From Fusobacteriota bacterium (lineage in GTDB: Bacteria > Fusobacteriota > Fusobacteriia > Fusobacteriales > JBNJFI01), in the NCBI GenBank assembly GCA_051746725.1, contig JBNJFI010000049.1, forward strand, positions 1 to 15,300: a stretch of DNA of 15,300 nt. Reading direction: 5' to 3'. The notes under the pieces are model-generated. The model had not been told where the DNA came from. It worked only from the letters and a program-made list of their open reading frames with translations, and did not search any database. Position 1 is the stretch's first letter; each line of letters starts with the position of its first letter. Both the position numbers and the translations under genes were made by a program. Below, in pieces: positions 1 through 8,277 of the stretch.

Positions 1-633
1 CTCTTTTTTGAGATACTGTATAAACTCAAATATTTCCTCCCTTCTTTTCTCTTTTTCTTTATCATCATCTATTCTATCAAATATATATACATATAACTCT
101 AACTCTATCCTTCTCTTTTTAGGCATATCCCTTATTTCTTGTAATCTTTTTTGAAAATCCGAAACTATATATCTTACATAAAAATCTTCTCCTCTCCATC
201 GACGATACTCTACATCAGATTTTAACCTTACTCTATTTCCAAATATCTCTTTTGCTTTAGGTAAAATATAATTTTCTGCTTCTTGATTCATTTTTACTTC
301 ACTATATGTATCAGCTACACCACTTAATTTTCCAAATGGAAGTTTTTCAATACTTGCTCTTTTATAATAATACTTATCCCCCTCCTTTTTTGTCCCAATT
401 ATCGACTCTGGATATATTCTTGCTTGGTAAAACTCTTCTCCTTGAGAACTCCTGGTTCCAACTCTGTCTACTACAAACTCCTCTCCATACTTGTTTTTTA
501 AGTGTTCCTTAATCTTAACTCTAGCCTTTTCTGCATCATGACCAAATAGCATTATTCCTATTTGGTATAAGATATAGATAAATACTAATGCAATTGTTGA
601 TAATATTAACTTATTTACCTCTTTTTCCTTCAT
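1..633 (-). CDS. Membrane-anchored hypothetical protein, putative lipase-toxin immunity/partner protein, copy 2 (3'-partial, runs off window)
   Basis: Not in the ORF track. ATG at 633-631 with SD AAGGAGAG just upstream, open for 211 codons to the window edge. Matches 2778..3410 except for 3 synonymous changes (positions 82, 100, 603), so it encodes the same first 211 aa (MKEKEVNKLILSTIALVF...). Confidence 0.9.
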   Translation of the reverse strand, partial: MKEKEVNKLILSTIALVFIYILYQIGIMLFGHDAEKARVKIKEHLKNKYGEEFVVDRVGTRSSQGEEFYQARIYPESIIGTKKEGDKYYYKRASIEKLPFGKLSGVADTYSEVKMNQEAENYILPKAKEIFGNRVRLKSDVEYRRWRGEDFYVRYIVSDFQKRLQEIRDMPKKRRIELELYVYIFDRIDDDKEKEKRREEIFEFIQYLKKE

Positions 634-663
634 TTACACACTCTCCTTTTTTGTTTGCCATGC

Positions 664-687
664 TTTAGATTTTAATTAAAATCTAAA
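664..687. promoter_or_regulatory. Perfect 24-bp palindrome in the leader of the copy-2 gene (possible operator or RNA hairpin)
   Basis: TTTAGATTTTAA|TTAAAATCTAAA. An imperfect equivalent, TTTAGTTTTTCTTAAAACCTAAA, sits at 3441..3463 in the other copy. Confidence 0.35.
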
Positions 688-751
688 TACAGATATCATA
701 AATATCTCCATTTAAACTTTAATTATAACTCTTCCAACTATTCTCTATTCC

Positions 752-2326
752 TTATATTGGTTCTTTTCTAATTTCATCTTCGTCGGTTAAATATCCCCAT
801 TCCATTAATCTTTCATATATTCTATCTACTTTAAAATCCTTAAACATCTCTTGTATAATAGATTTGATTCCTAATCCTAATATAGCTAGAATAGGTACCC
901 AAACTGAAGAACCTGCAACTATATAAGGGATTAGTTTCCATAGGTCTTTGGTTAAAATATCTTCACAATTTTTCTGTACTATCTCAATACCAGTATCATA
1001 ATCTGGATCTATATCATCTTTATCAAAAGATAAATATCCAGCTGCTGAAGGTTTTTTAGTATAAAATAGAGTCGAACTATCTTCATAAATTACACTACTT
1101 AAAAAACTAAGATCTGCTCCACAATTGATACCAGTAAGTTTAATTTCATATCCCTTATAATTACCATCTCTCAATATCTTATCATATACCAATAGTATCA
1201 TATCTCTCTCTTTAGGAAGAATCTCTTTATTCTTTTCTTTCCCCTCACTGTCTAACTCTTCACTTTTAAAAGATATCACAATCTCTTTCGTTTTTTCATT
1301 CTTTAAAACTAATACTCTAAATCCTGTATCACTCATATCTAATTTTTTTGATAACTGAATCTCAGGATTGTCTTCTAATCCTTTTAAATTTTCTAAGTTT
1401 TCAATATCTTGTTCGTTTATATGCTCCAACTCTTTTTCCTTTGATTTAAGATATTTATCCATTCCCCGTTGCATACCTTGATTTCCTAACAGTTTTAACC
1501 CTTTGCTATTTGTCAGCTTAGATATATCGTTTAAATCTATTTCTAAAAACTCAACAGAATTATTTAATATTGACTTGGTTGCCTTAGCTATTATATCCAT
1601 TTTGTTTTCTAGAGAAAAAGCCTTTCGAAAATCTAAAACAGAACTTGAATGCATTACTCTAATAGTAGCAGGAAAAACTATAGTTGTACCTACCTTTACC
1701 AAAGTAGTAATTGTTTTTACTGTTTGAACAGTGTCTTCCATATCATCTAACTCTTCTCTAGTTGGATATGGTTTTTCGGAATCTACATTTAGTTTAATAG
1801 CAGATCCTTTTGTAGTACTAATTTCTTGGCTTAATTCTTTTAATTTCTCTGGTTGCTTTGAATATAGATAATCCAGATAGTCCGCTACTACCTTATAGTT
1901 ATCCGCTCCGTAAATTACTTCCCTGTCATTCAAAAAAGAACCCTCTGTTGTCATTCTTTCATCTTTATCTTTACCAGTCTGCGAATGCTCTAAATATTCC
2001 ATTGCTATACCTGCTGCTCTTCTCATCTTCTGTAAGCCACTAAATCTATCATCTATCCTTATTATATCATCATCAGTTAGATGGTCCATATATACATATT
2101 TCTCTTTTGTTTCTCCAGTTTCTGGATTGGTTTCCTCTCTTATAAAGCTTTCTGGGTCCAGTAGATCTTTTAGGATTATAGATTTTGAACTTATATTTCC
2201 TAGTTTAGAATTTGTTTTCTTATCTTGTTGAGTTGTATCCTGTTTATCTAAATTTACAAATTGCCACTCTAAATTTGTTAAGTTACTAAATGTCAGTAAT
2301 TCCTTGTGTTTTATTTCTTTTTCCAT
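752..2326 (-). CDS. Hypothetical protein with degenerate alpha/beta-hydrolase (lipase class 3/DUF2974-like) fold; probable inactive or truncated effector paralog
   Basis: 524-aa ORF with SD-like AGGGG. DTGFRVLVLKNEKTKEIVISFKS parallels DSGFQASAFKKGNEIIIAFRG of the right-end lipase. IKLTGINCGADLS parallels IHLTGHSLGGALA with the nucleophile Ser replaced. Hydrophobic segment near the C-terminus (LIPYIVAGSSVWVPILAILGLGI). Confidence 0.75.
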   Translation of the reverse strand: MEKEIKHKELLTFSNLTNLEWQFVNLDKQDTTQQDKKTNSKLGNISSKSIILKDLLDPESFIREETNPETGETKEKYVYMDHLTDDDIIRIDDRFSGLQKMRRAAGIAMEYLEHSQTGKDKDERMTTEGSFLNDREVIYGADNYKVVADYLDYLYSKQPEKLKELSQEISTTKGSAIKLNVDSEKPYPTREELDDMEDTVQTVKTITTLVKVGTTIVFPATIRVMHSSSVLDFRKAFSLENKMDIIAKATKSILNNSVEFLEIDLNDISKLTNSKGLKLLGNQGMQRGMDKYLKSKEKELEHINEQDIENLENLKGLEDNPEIQLSKKLDMSDTGFRVLVLKNEKTKEIVISFKSEELDSEGKEKNKEILPKERDMILLVYDKILRDGNYKGYEIKLTGINCGADLSFLSSVIYEDSSTLFYTKKPSAAGYLSFDKDDIDPDYDTGIEIVQKNCEDILTKDLWKLIPYIVAGSSVWVPILAILGLGIKSIIQEMFKDFKVDRIYERLMEWGYLTDEDEIRKEPI

Positions 2327-2339
2327 TTTATCATCCCCT

Positions 2340-3410
2340 TTAATTTTTATAAATATATTCTAACGACTTTAATAATTCTATCTTTGATATTTTATCATAT
2401 TCGTAGTAATCTAAAATATTATTTTTTTTATCCTTTCTATAAGCTGTATTATAATTTTCTTTTAAAATCCCTATTGAATATGTTCTTTGTAAATATTGAC
2501 TATTATATTTTCGTATTCCCTTATACGTCAAATCACTTTTTTGAATCCCCTTCATACTCCTAATCATCTCATCTTCTGACATATCTTCTAACTCTTTTCC
2601 TAATACTTCTGACATCTCCTCCCTCAACTCCATAGGTGGTAAATAAACTGTCTCTTCCTCTACCTTTTTTGCCACCTTATCACTTAAATACACCTTCCTA
2701 CTATATTTATCATAACTTGGAGCCAAAACTCTTTCATCTATAAATATTACCCCCATTTCTAGATATTCAAACAGCTTCTCTTTTTTGAGATACTGTATAA
2801 ACTCAAATATTTCCTCCCTTCTTTTCTCTTTTTCTTTATCATCATCTATTCTATCAAAAATATATACATATAACTCCAACTCTATCCTTCTCTTTTTAGG
2901 CATATCCCTTATTTCTTGTAATCTTTTTTGAAAATCCGAAACTATATATCTTACATAAAAATCTTCTCCTCTCCATCGACGATACTCTACATCAGATTTT
3001 AACCTTACTCTATTTCCAAATATCTCTTTTGCTTTAGGTAAAATATAATTTTCTGCTTCTTGATTCATTTTTACTTCACTATATGTATCAGCTACACCAC
3101 TTAATTTTCCAAATGGAAGTTTTTCAATACTTGCTCTTTTATAATAATACTTATCCCCCTCCTTTTTTGTCCCAATTATCGACTCTGGATATATTCTTGC
3201 TTGGTAAAACTCTTCTCCTTGAGAACTCCTGGTTCCAACTCTGTCTACTACAAACTCCTCTCCATACTTGTTTTTTAAGTGTTCCTTAATCTTAACTCTA
3301 GCCTTTTCTGCATCATGACCAAATAGCATTATTCCTATTTGGTATAAGATATAGATAAATACTAATGCAATTGTTGATAGTATTAACTTATTTACCTCTT
3401 TTTCCTTCAT
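2340..3410 (-). CDS. Membrane-anchored hypothetical protein, putative lipase-toxin immunity/partner protein, copy 1
   Basis: 356-aa ORF with SD AAGGAGAG. N-terminal TM/signal anchor (LILSTIALVFIYILYQIGIMLF) followed by HLKNKYGEEFVV. No catalytic motif recognised. The immunity role is inferred from context only. Confidence 0.8.
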   Translation of the reverse strand: MKEKEVNKLILSTIALVFIYILYQIGIMLFGHDAEKARVKIKEHLKNKYGEEFVVDRVGTRSSQGEEFYQARIYPESIIGTKKEGDKYYYKRASIEKLPFGKLSGVADTYSEVKMNQEAENYILPKAKEIFGNRVRLKSDVEYRRWRGEDFYVRYIVSDFQKRLQEIRDMPKKRRIELELYVYIFDRIDDDKEKEKRREEIFEFIQYLKKEKLFEYLEMGVIFIDERVLAPSYDKYSRKVYLSDKVAKKVEEETVYLPPMELREEMSEVLGKELEDMSEDEMIRSMKGIQKSDLTYKGIRKYNSQYLQRTYSIGILKENYNTAYRKDKKNNILDYYEYDKISKIELLKSLEYIYKN

Positions 3411-3477
3411 TCCAACACTCTCCTTTTTTGTTTGCTATGCTTTAGTTTTTCTTAAAACCTAAATACAGATATCATAA
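2778..3477. repeat. Direct repeat copy A (matches 1..~700)
   Basis: Same alignment as copy B. It also explains the identical plus-strand shadow ORFs 306..512 and 3083..3289. Confidence 0.95.
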
Positions 3478-3513
3478 TATATAAATTTCTCTCAAAATAT
3501 CCAATGCATAATT

Positions 3514-3527
3514 GACCTCTAGAGGTC
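3514..3527. promoter_or_regulatory. Perfect 14-bp palindrome, candidate regulator binding site upstream of the cassette array
   Basis: GACCTCT|AGAGGTC, relatively GC-rich within an AT-rich intergenic region, about 100 bp upstream of the 3410 start. Confidence 0.35.
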
Positions 3528-3553
3528 TTCCGTTTCTTTTCCATAATAGCATG

Positions 3554-3595
3554 AAAATCTATACTTATGATATTTAATTATATCATAAGTATAGA
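3554..3595 (-). terminator. Probable intrinsic terminator closing the kinase operon
   Basis: Perfect 16-bp inverted repeat TCTATACTTATGATAT (3558-3573) / ATATCATAAGTATAGA (3580-3595) with a 6-nt loop, 8 nt after the kinase stop, followed by UUUU on the minus strand. Confidence 0.7.
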
Positions 3596-3603
3596 CTATA
3601 TTC

Positions 3604-4521
3604 CTAGGCTCTCCCCAATATCTTATTAAAAAATCTACTCTTGTAATATTCTTTCATTAATTTGAATTTAAAATGTCTAGCACTCTTATCCCTCTTTTTT
3701 GAATCCAAACTTAAATTTCTCAAAATCATCTCATCTATCTTTTTTGGTATAACCTCATTATACTCTTTTGTCGACTTCAAACTTTCATTAAAAATACGCT
3801 TTCTTGCTTCCCGCGGTGTTTTCTTAGTCAAGAAATAATATAATATAGCTGCCATACTATAAATATCAGAATATCTTCCCTGTTTTGTACTCTCTGAATA
3901 AAATTCAATAGGAGAAAATCCTGGAGAAACTCTTATCTTTTTCTTACTCTCTTTTCTTATAGAAACAGCGGAACCAAAATCTATAAGAATTGGCTCCCCT
4001 GTTTCTAATATTATAACATTTGTAGGTTTTATATCTCTATGTAGATAACCTTTTTTGTGGATTTTATGAATAGACTTAACTAATGGCAAGTATATTGTTT
4101 TTATAAAAGATTTTATTGAGAGATTTTTTTCTTTTACATAGTTATCTAAAGTTTTTCCTTTACAATATTCCATTACTATATATATTGTATTATTCGCTTT
4201 AAAATATTCTTTTATTTTCACTATGTTTTCTCCCTTACACTCTTCCATTATTTCAGCTTCTTCAATAAAGTCTTTTCTGTCGTTTCTAAATTTCTCCATA
4301 TAAATTTTACTTTTATATATCAAATTTTTCCCATCTAAATCTCTTAAAGCTAACTTTTTTGGAAAAAATTCCTTTATAACCACCTTTTTGTTCTCTTCTG
4401 TTTTATTCGCCAAATAAACTATTCCAAAATTACTTCTTTCTGCAATTATCTTCTCTATTTTATATTTTCCATTTAACTTAGTGCCCAATGGTAAATGAAT
4501 GTAATCCATTTTGTTTTCCAT
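3604..4521 (-). CDS. Hanks-type serine/threonine protein kinase (cytoplasmic, kinase domain only)
   Basis: Motifs VVIKE (catalytic Lys), FIEEAE (alphaC Glu), YIVMEY, HRDIKPTN, DFG, GFSPIE, SDIYSMA. SD AAGGAG. No TM or PASTA domain. Confidence 0.95.
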   Translation of the reverse strand: MENKMDYIHLPLGTKLNGKYKIEKIIAERSNFGIVYLANKTEENKKVVIKEFFPKKLALRDLDGKNLIYKSKIYMEKFRNDRKDFIEEAEIMEECKGENIVKIKEYFKANNTIYIVMEYCKGKTLDNYVKEKNLSIKSFIKTIYLPLVKSIHKIHKKGYLHRDIKPTNVIILETGEPILIDFGSAVSIRKESKKKIRVSPGFSPIEFYSESTKQGRYSDIYSMAAILYYFLTKKTPREARKRIFNESLKSTKEYNEVIPKKIDEMILRNLSLDSKKRDKSARHFKFKLMKEYYKSRFFNKILGRA

Positions 4522-4533
4522 AAATATTTCTCC

Positions 4534-6870
4534 TTAAAATATAAATAAAAATTTATCTTTTTTATCTTTTGTTTTACTTATTTTTTTCCTTATTGATATC
4601 AATTTCTTTTCACTTTTTATCTCTGAGTATATATTCTTTGCTAAATTATAGCTTTTCAAAGCTTTTTCATATTCTTTTTCTTCTGCATCTAGATCCCCTA
4701 TTTCTTCATAATTAAGGGCTTTTTCCATTGCTATTGCTTTCCTAACTTTTTTTAAAGAATCTTCAACTTCCGAAACATGTCTTGTCAAATCTAATTCCAA
4801 ATATTTTTCCTTTGCTAATTCATATTTTTCTTTGGAGTCATTATACTCTTCTAATTTAAACAAATTCAAAGCTTCTGCTTCCAATTCTTTTATTTTAGAA
4901 ATATCATTTTGTAAATTAATTTCTAATTGAACCATATCTTGTTTTTCTTTTAGATCTATACTTTTTTGGGTCAATTCTAAATTTTTATAGATTTTTAAAG
5001 CTTCTCCATATTTTTCTTTAGTAATTGTAAATAATCCTTGATTATAAGCATTTTGTCCCTCTTTTTCAAAAGCTAAGGCTTCTTGAAGTTTTTTTATATA
5101 TGTTACCTTATTTATCATCTCTGTATATTTAAGATCACTGTTACCTTCACTATATTTCTCTCCTGCCTGTTCATATAAAGTTATAGACTCCGAGTAGTTT
5201 TGCCTTTCTTCTTGATAGGCAGCATCTTTTTCTAACTCTTTGGCATTTTTTAAATTCCTAACTTCTTGAAGTTTTAACTTAAGGTTTTCTATCCTTATAT
5301 TATCATGCTTTTCGTATAATATATAAGCTTGATTATATTTATCTATAGCCATAGAATAATTTGAACTTTCTATATATATGTTACCTTCCTTTTCTTTTTC
5401 AATTCCTGATAATATATCTTCTAATTTAGAAATTTTTACAGTTATGTTTTCTAATTGATATGATTCTACTTCATTATAAAAGTCTTTAGCTTTTTTATAA
5501 GATTCATAAGAATTTTTATATCTTTCATTTTGTAAATATTGATCTCCGGCATTCTCTTTAGATATACCTAATAATATATTATTGCTTTTTTTAATTTTTG
5601 TATTTATTTCTTGTAATCTATATGTTTTTATATCTGTATATAAAATTTTTGCCTTTTTATATTCATCTAAAGCTACTTGATATTGTTTGTTTTTAAAATT
5701 CTCATCTCCGGTTTCTTCATTATTTTTTCCAGTTAAGATTATATCTATTGTTTCTATTTTACTAGTTATCGATTCTATTTTATCTTTTTCGTTTAATTTT
5801 TTAAATGCTTCTAGGCTATTTCCATATTCTTCTTTTGCTTTTATATATTTTTGGTTTTCAAAAAATATATCGCCTTTTTCTTTTGATATCATTCCTTTTT
5901 CATATGCTTTATTTTCACTTTTTTTCTTTTCCTCTTTCTTTTTCTTCTCTTCTAATTTTTTCTTTAATTCCTTTTGTTGTTTTAACTTTGCTGCTTTTTT
6001 GGCTTGCATCTTAGCAATCTGTTTTACTTGTGCATTTTTATATTTTGTATAAAATGCATAACCTCCAGTCAATATTAAAATAGGTATTAAAAAAGTTGCT
6101 ATCTTTTTAATCGTTCCCTTTTTTGCTTTTACTTTTTCTTTAAAAACTTTATTTATAAATATACTTGAAATTGTATAATTATCTAAATCTTTATTAGCTT
6201 CTTCTAATACTACATTTTCCATTGTTTCTATGTATTCTTCTACACCTTCCGCTTCTTTTAAAGCATCTTCTAAATCTCTGTTAGATATATTTTCCCAAAA
6301 CCCTGCACTACATAACGTTAGAACATCATTGTCCTTTAATTTTATTTTTCCTATATCATATTTTATAGAACTTTTTTGACCTAAATATTCAGTAAGATTA
6401 TTCCTTTCAACATGTCTATTTATACTATTTTCTGTTATTTCTCCTACTTCAGACATCATATAAGCTATACTAAAATCTTTTGATTTTTTATTTATTTTGT
6501 CCTTTCTAAAATGGTATAATCTTGTATTTCCTGTACTTCCATATATAGCAGTTGAATAATTACTTACTACTATAGTTATAGAAGCTGTTAATTTAACCTC
6601 TCTACTTTCATATAGAAGCAATTTATTAGCATTTTTAATATATTTTTTCACACTTCTCTTTTTCATCTCTGGTTTTTCAGTAAAATCCTTTATTACACTT
6701 CCCACAGCCAACTCGGCACTTAAGTTATCTTCGGCTGAATCTATTCCATCTGCTAAAACCCAGCATGCATATTTATCTAATTCAACATATGCAAAATAAT
6801 CTCTATTTTTTTTATATGTTCCAGCTTCTGAAGTATAATTTGTTACTAAATCACTATTATCTTTCCTCAT
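4534..6870 (-). CDS. Degenerate PP2C-family phosphatase domain + transmembrane helix + TPR-like helical repeat region
   Basis: Start placed at ATG 6870 (MRKDNS) because AGGAGG lies at 6877-6882; the ORF-track start 6894 overlaps the upstream gene. PP2C-like motifs NRD, VLADG, GNTRLY, LCSAG, DNYT. TM IATFLIPILILTGGYAFY, then a Lys-rich coiled stretch and eight helical repeats. Confidence 0.88.
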   Translation of the reverse strand: MRKDNSDLVTNYTSEAGTYKKNRDYFAYVELDKYACWVLADGIDSAEDNLSAELAVGSVIKDFTEKPEMKKRSVKKYIKNANKLLLYESREVKLTASITIVVSNYSTAIYGSTGNTRLYHFRKDKINKKSKDFSIAYMMSEVGEITENSINRHVERNNLTEYLGQKSSIKYDIGKIKLKDNDVLTLCSAGFWENISNRDLEDALKEAEGVEEYIETMENVVLEEANKDLDNYTISSIFINKVFKEKVKAKKGTIKKIATFLIPILILTGGYAFYTKYKNAQVKQIAKMQAKKAAKLKQQKELKKKLEEKKKKEEKKKSENKAYEKGMISKEKGDIFFENQKYIKAKEEYGNSLEAFKKLNEKDKIESITSKIETIDIILTGKNNEETGDENFKNKQYQVALDEYKKAKILYTDIKTYRLQEINTKIKKSNNILLGISKENAGDQYLQNERYKNSYESYKKAKDFYNEVESYQLENITVKISKLEDILSGIEKEKEGNIYIESSNYSMAIDKYNQAYILYEKHDNIRIENLKLKLQEVRNLKNAKELEKDAAYQEERQNYSESITLYEQAGEKYSEGNSDLKYTEMINKVTYIKKLQEALAFEKEGQNAYNQGLFTITKEKYGEALKIYKNLELTQKSIDLKEKQDMVQLEINLQNDISKIKELEAEALNLFKLEEYNDSKEKYELAKEKYLELDLTRHVSEVEDSLKKVRKAIAMEKALNYEEIGDLDAEEKEYEKALKSYNLAKNIYSEIKSEKKLISIRKKISKTKDKKDKFLFIF

Positions 6871-6880
6871 TTTTTTCCTC

Positions 6881-7705
6881 CTACTTTTTTTCAAAAATGA
6901 TTATACTTGCATTATCTTGATTTGTTCTATTTTTGTCTTCTATCCTTTTTAATATTTCATCCACTAGATTTTCAGGGGTTTCTCTTTTATTTAAAATGTT
7001 TTCTAACTCTGAGTGGTTTATAGCATCTGATACTCCATCACTACATAACACTATCTTATCATTTTTTTTTAATTCAATGGGAACTTTATTATAATCTATT
7101 TCATGAAAATCTTCATAACCTAGATAACTAGTTAATCTATCTTTTTGTGGATGCGATATATAATCCTTCCGGCTAATCTTTTTTGCCCTATAATCTTTTT
7201 TTAATTTTCTTTCATATGTATGAGTCACATTTAGCTTCTTTAGTTCCTCATCTCTATATAAATATATCTGGCTGTCTCCAACCGAGGCCCAATATAAACG
7301 ATCATCTTTTATAAATGTAGTCACTAAAGTAGTCCCTAATTGTTCTCCATTTGCAAATTCTAATATTTTTTGATTTGCTATATATGCACTATTTATTAAA
7401 AACTTAATTATAGAATCCATATGATATTTTTTAGTAAACTCTTCCATAAAAGTCTTTACTGCCATGTTGCTTGCTTTTTCTCCTCTGTTATATCCGCCCA
7501 TTCCATCGGCTACTATTGCTAATCTTCCATTTTCATTTTTTATAATACTAAGTGAATCTTCTTGGTTTTTTCTGCTTCCTATATATTGTTTTTTCCCAAT
7601 CTCTAGGTTTTCTCGTTTTTTTATAAATCTTTTTTCCTTTATTAAAGATTGTTTTATTAAAAATAGTATACCAACTGTTAGAAAACAGATTATAACTATA
7701 TTCAA
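6881..7705 (-). CDS. PP2C/PPM-family Ser/Thr protein phosphatase with N-terminal membrane anchor
   Basis: TTG start with SD AAGGAG. Intact motifs RKNQED, VADGMGG, GTT, VGDS, LCSDG, DNAS. Hydrophobic N-terminus (IVIICFLTVGILFLI). Confidence 0.95.
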   Translation of the reverse strand: MNIVIICFLTVGILFLIKQSLIKEKRFIKKRENLEIGKKQYIGSRKNQEDSLSIIKNENGRLAIVADGMGGYNRGEKASNMAVKTFMEEFTKKYHMDSIIKFLINSAYIANQKILEFANGEQLGTTLVTTFIKDDRLYWASVGDSQIYLYRDEELKKLNVTHTYERKLKKDYRAKKISRKDYISHPQKDRLTSYLGYEDFHEIDYNKVPIELKKNDKIVLCSDGVSDAINHSELENILNKRETPENLVDEILKRIEDKNRTNQDNASIIIFEKK

Positions 7706-7720
7706 AATATCATCTCCTTT

Positions 7721-8260
7721 TTAATTTTCCCATTCAAAGTGCTGACCACAGAAAGGAATAAATATAAATTTACTATCTCCCATTTCTATTACCTTGTATG
7801 CAGATAACTCCATAGGACCATATACTGCTTCTTCATCTAGATATATTATTCCAGTTCCACCTCCAGGTATGATCATAAAATTTCTCTCCTTAGGGTTATA
7901 ACTTATAACAGCATGATTTCTTCTAGATATTTTTTTATCCCCTGTAATAGTTATATGCATATCTTCAGATCTACCTATAAAATTCTTTTCAGATCTTATT
8001 TTATAGTCTTTTCCTCTTTCTGATCCTTCTATACATACTATCCATCCAACTACAGGATCTATTCCATACTCTCCTGACCAATACGCCATTGTTTTTCCTA
8101 CCTCATCGCTGGTGTTTGACATGGTATTTGATTTACTATTTGAACTTCCCTTCTTATTTTTCTTTTTTGGTTTTTCTATCGCTTTTTCATCACAGTAAGG
8201 ACAATCCTCATGTTTGCTCGAATTATATAAATGTCCATTGTCACATTTTTTCATTTTCAT
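7721..8260 (-). CDS. FHA-domain protein with N-terminal zinc-ribbon-like motif
   Basis: N-terminal CDNGH-x8-CPYC, a Lys/Ser-rich linker, then FHA-type VGWIVCIEG...FIGRS...ISRRNHAVI. SD GGAGG. Confidence 0.9.
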   Translation of the reverse strand: MKMKKCDNGHLYNSSKHEDCPYCDEKAIEKPKKKNKKGSSNSKSNTMSNTSDEVGKTMAYWSGEYGIDPVVGWIVCIEGSERGKDYKIRSEKNFIGRSEDMHITITGDKKISRRNHAVISYNPKERNFMIIPGGGTGIIYLDEEAVYGPMELSAYKVIEMGDSKFIFIPFCGQHFEWEN

Positions 8261-8277
8261 TTTTATTTACCTCCATT

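Larger units (their letters stand above)
1..700. repeat. Direct repeat copy B (matches 2778..~3477, offset 2777 bp); its left end lies outside the window
   Basis: By-eye alignment gives 630/633 identical over the CDS. A further ~65 bp of similar but more diverged upstream leader ends at ...TAAATACAGATATCATA. Confidence 0.95.

Noticed and set aside
306..512. Plus-strand 68-aa ORF, identical to 3083..3289
   Set aside because: Antisense shadow of the duplicated minus-strand gene. The identity is explained by the duplication, and there is no SD or recognisable motif.
1..3477. Direct repeat as an IS element, composite transposon or CRISPR array
   Set aside because: The repeat encodes a membrane-anchored protein with no DDE or recombinase motif. 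No terminal inverted repeats and no short regularly spaced repeats were seen.
5920..6010. Low-complexity T-rich tract as a tandem DNA repeat (similar tract at ~13280-13380)
   Set aside because: It simply encodes Lys/Glu-rich linkers in frame, and no exact repeat unit was seen.
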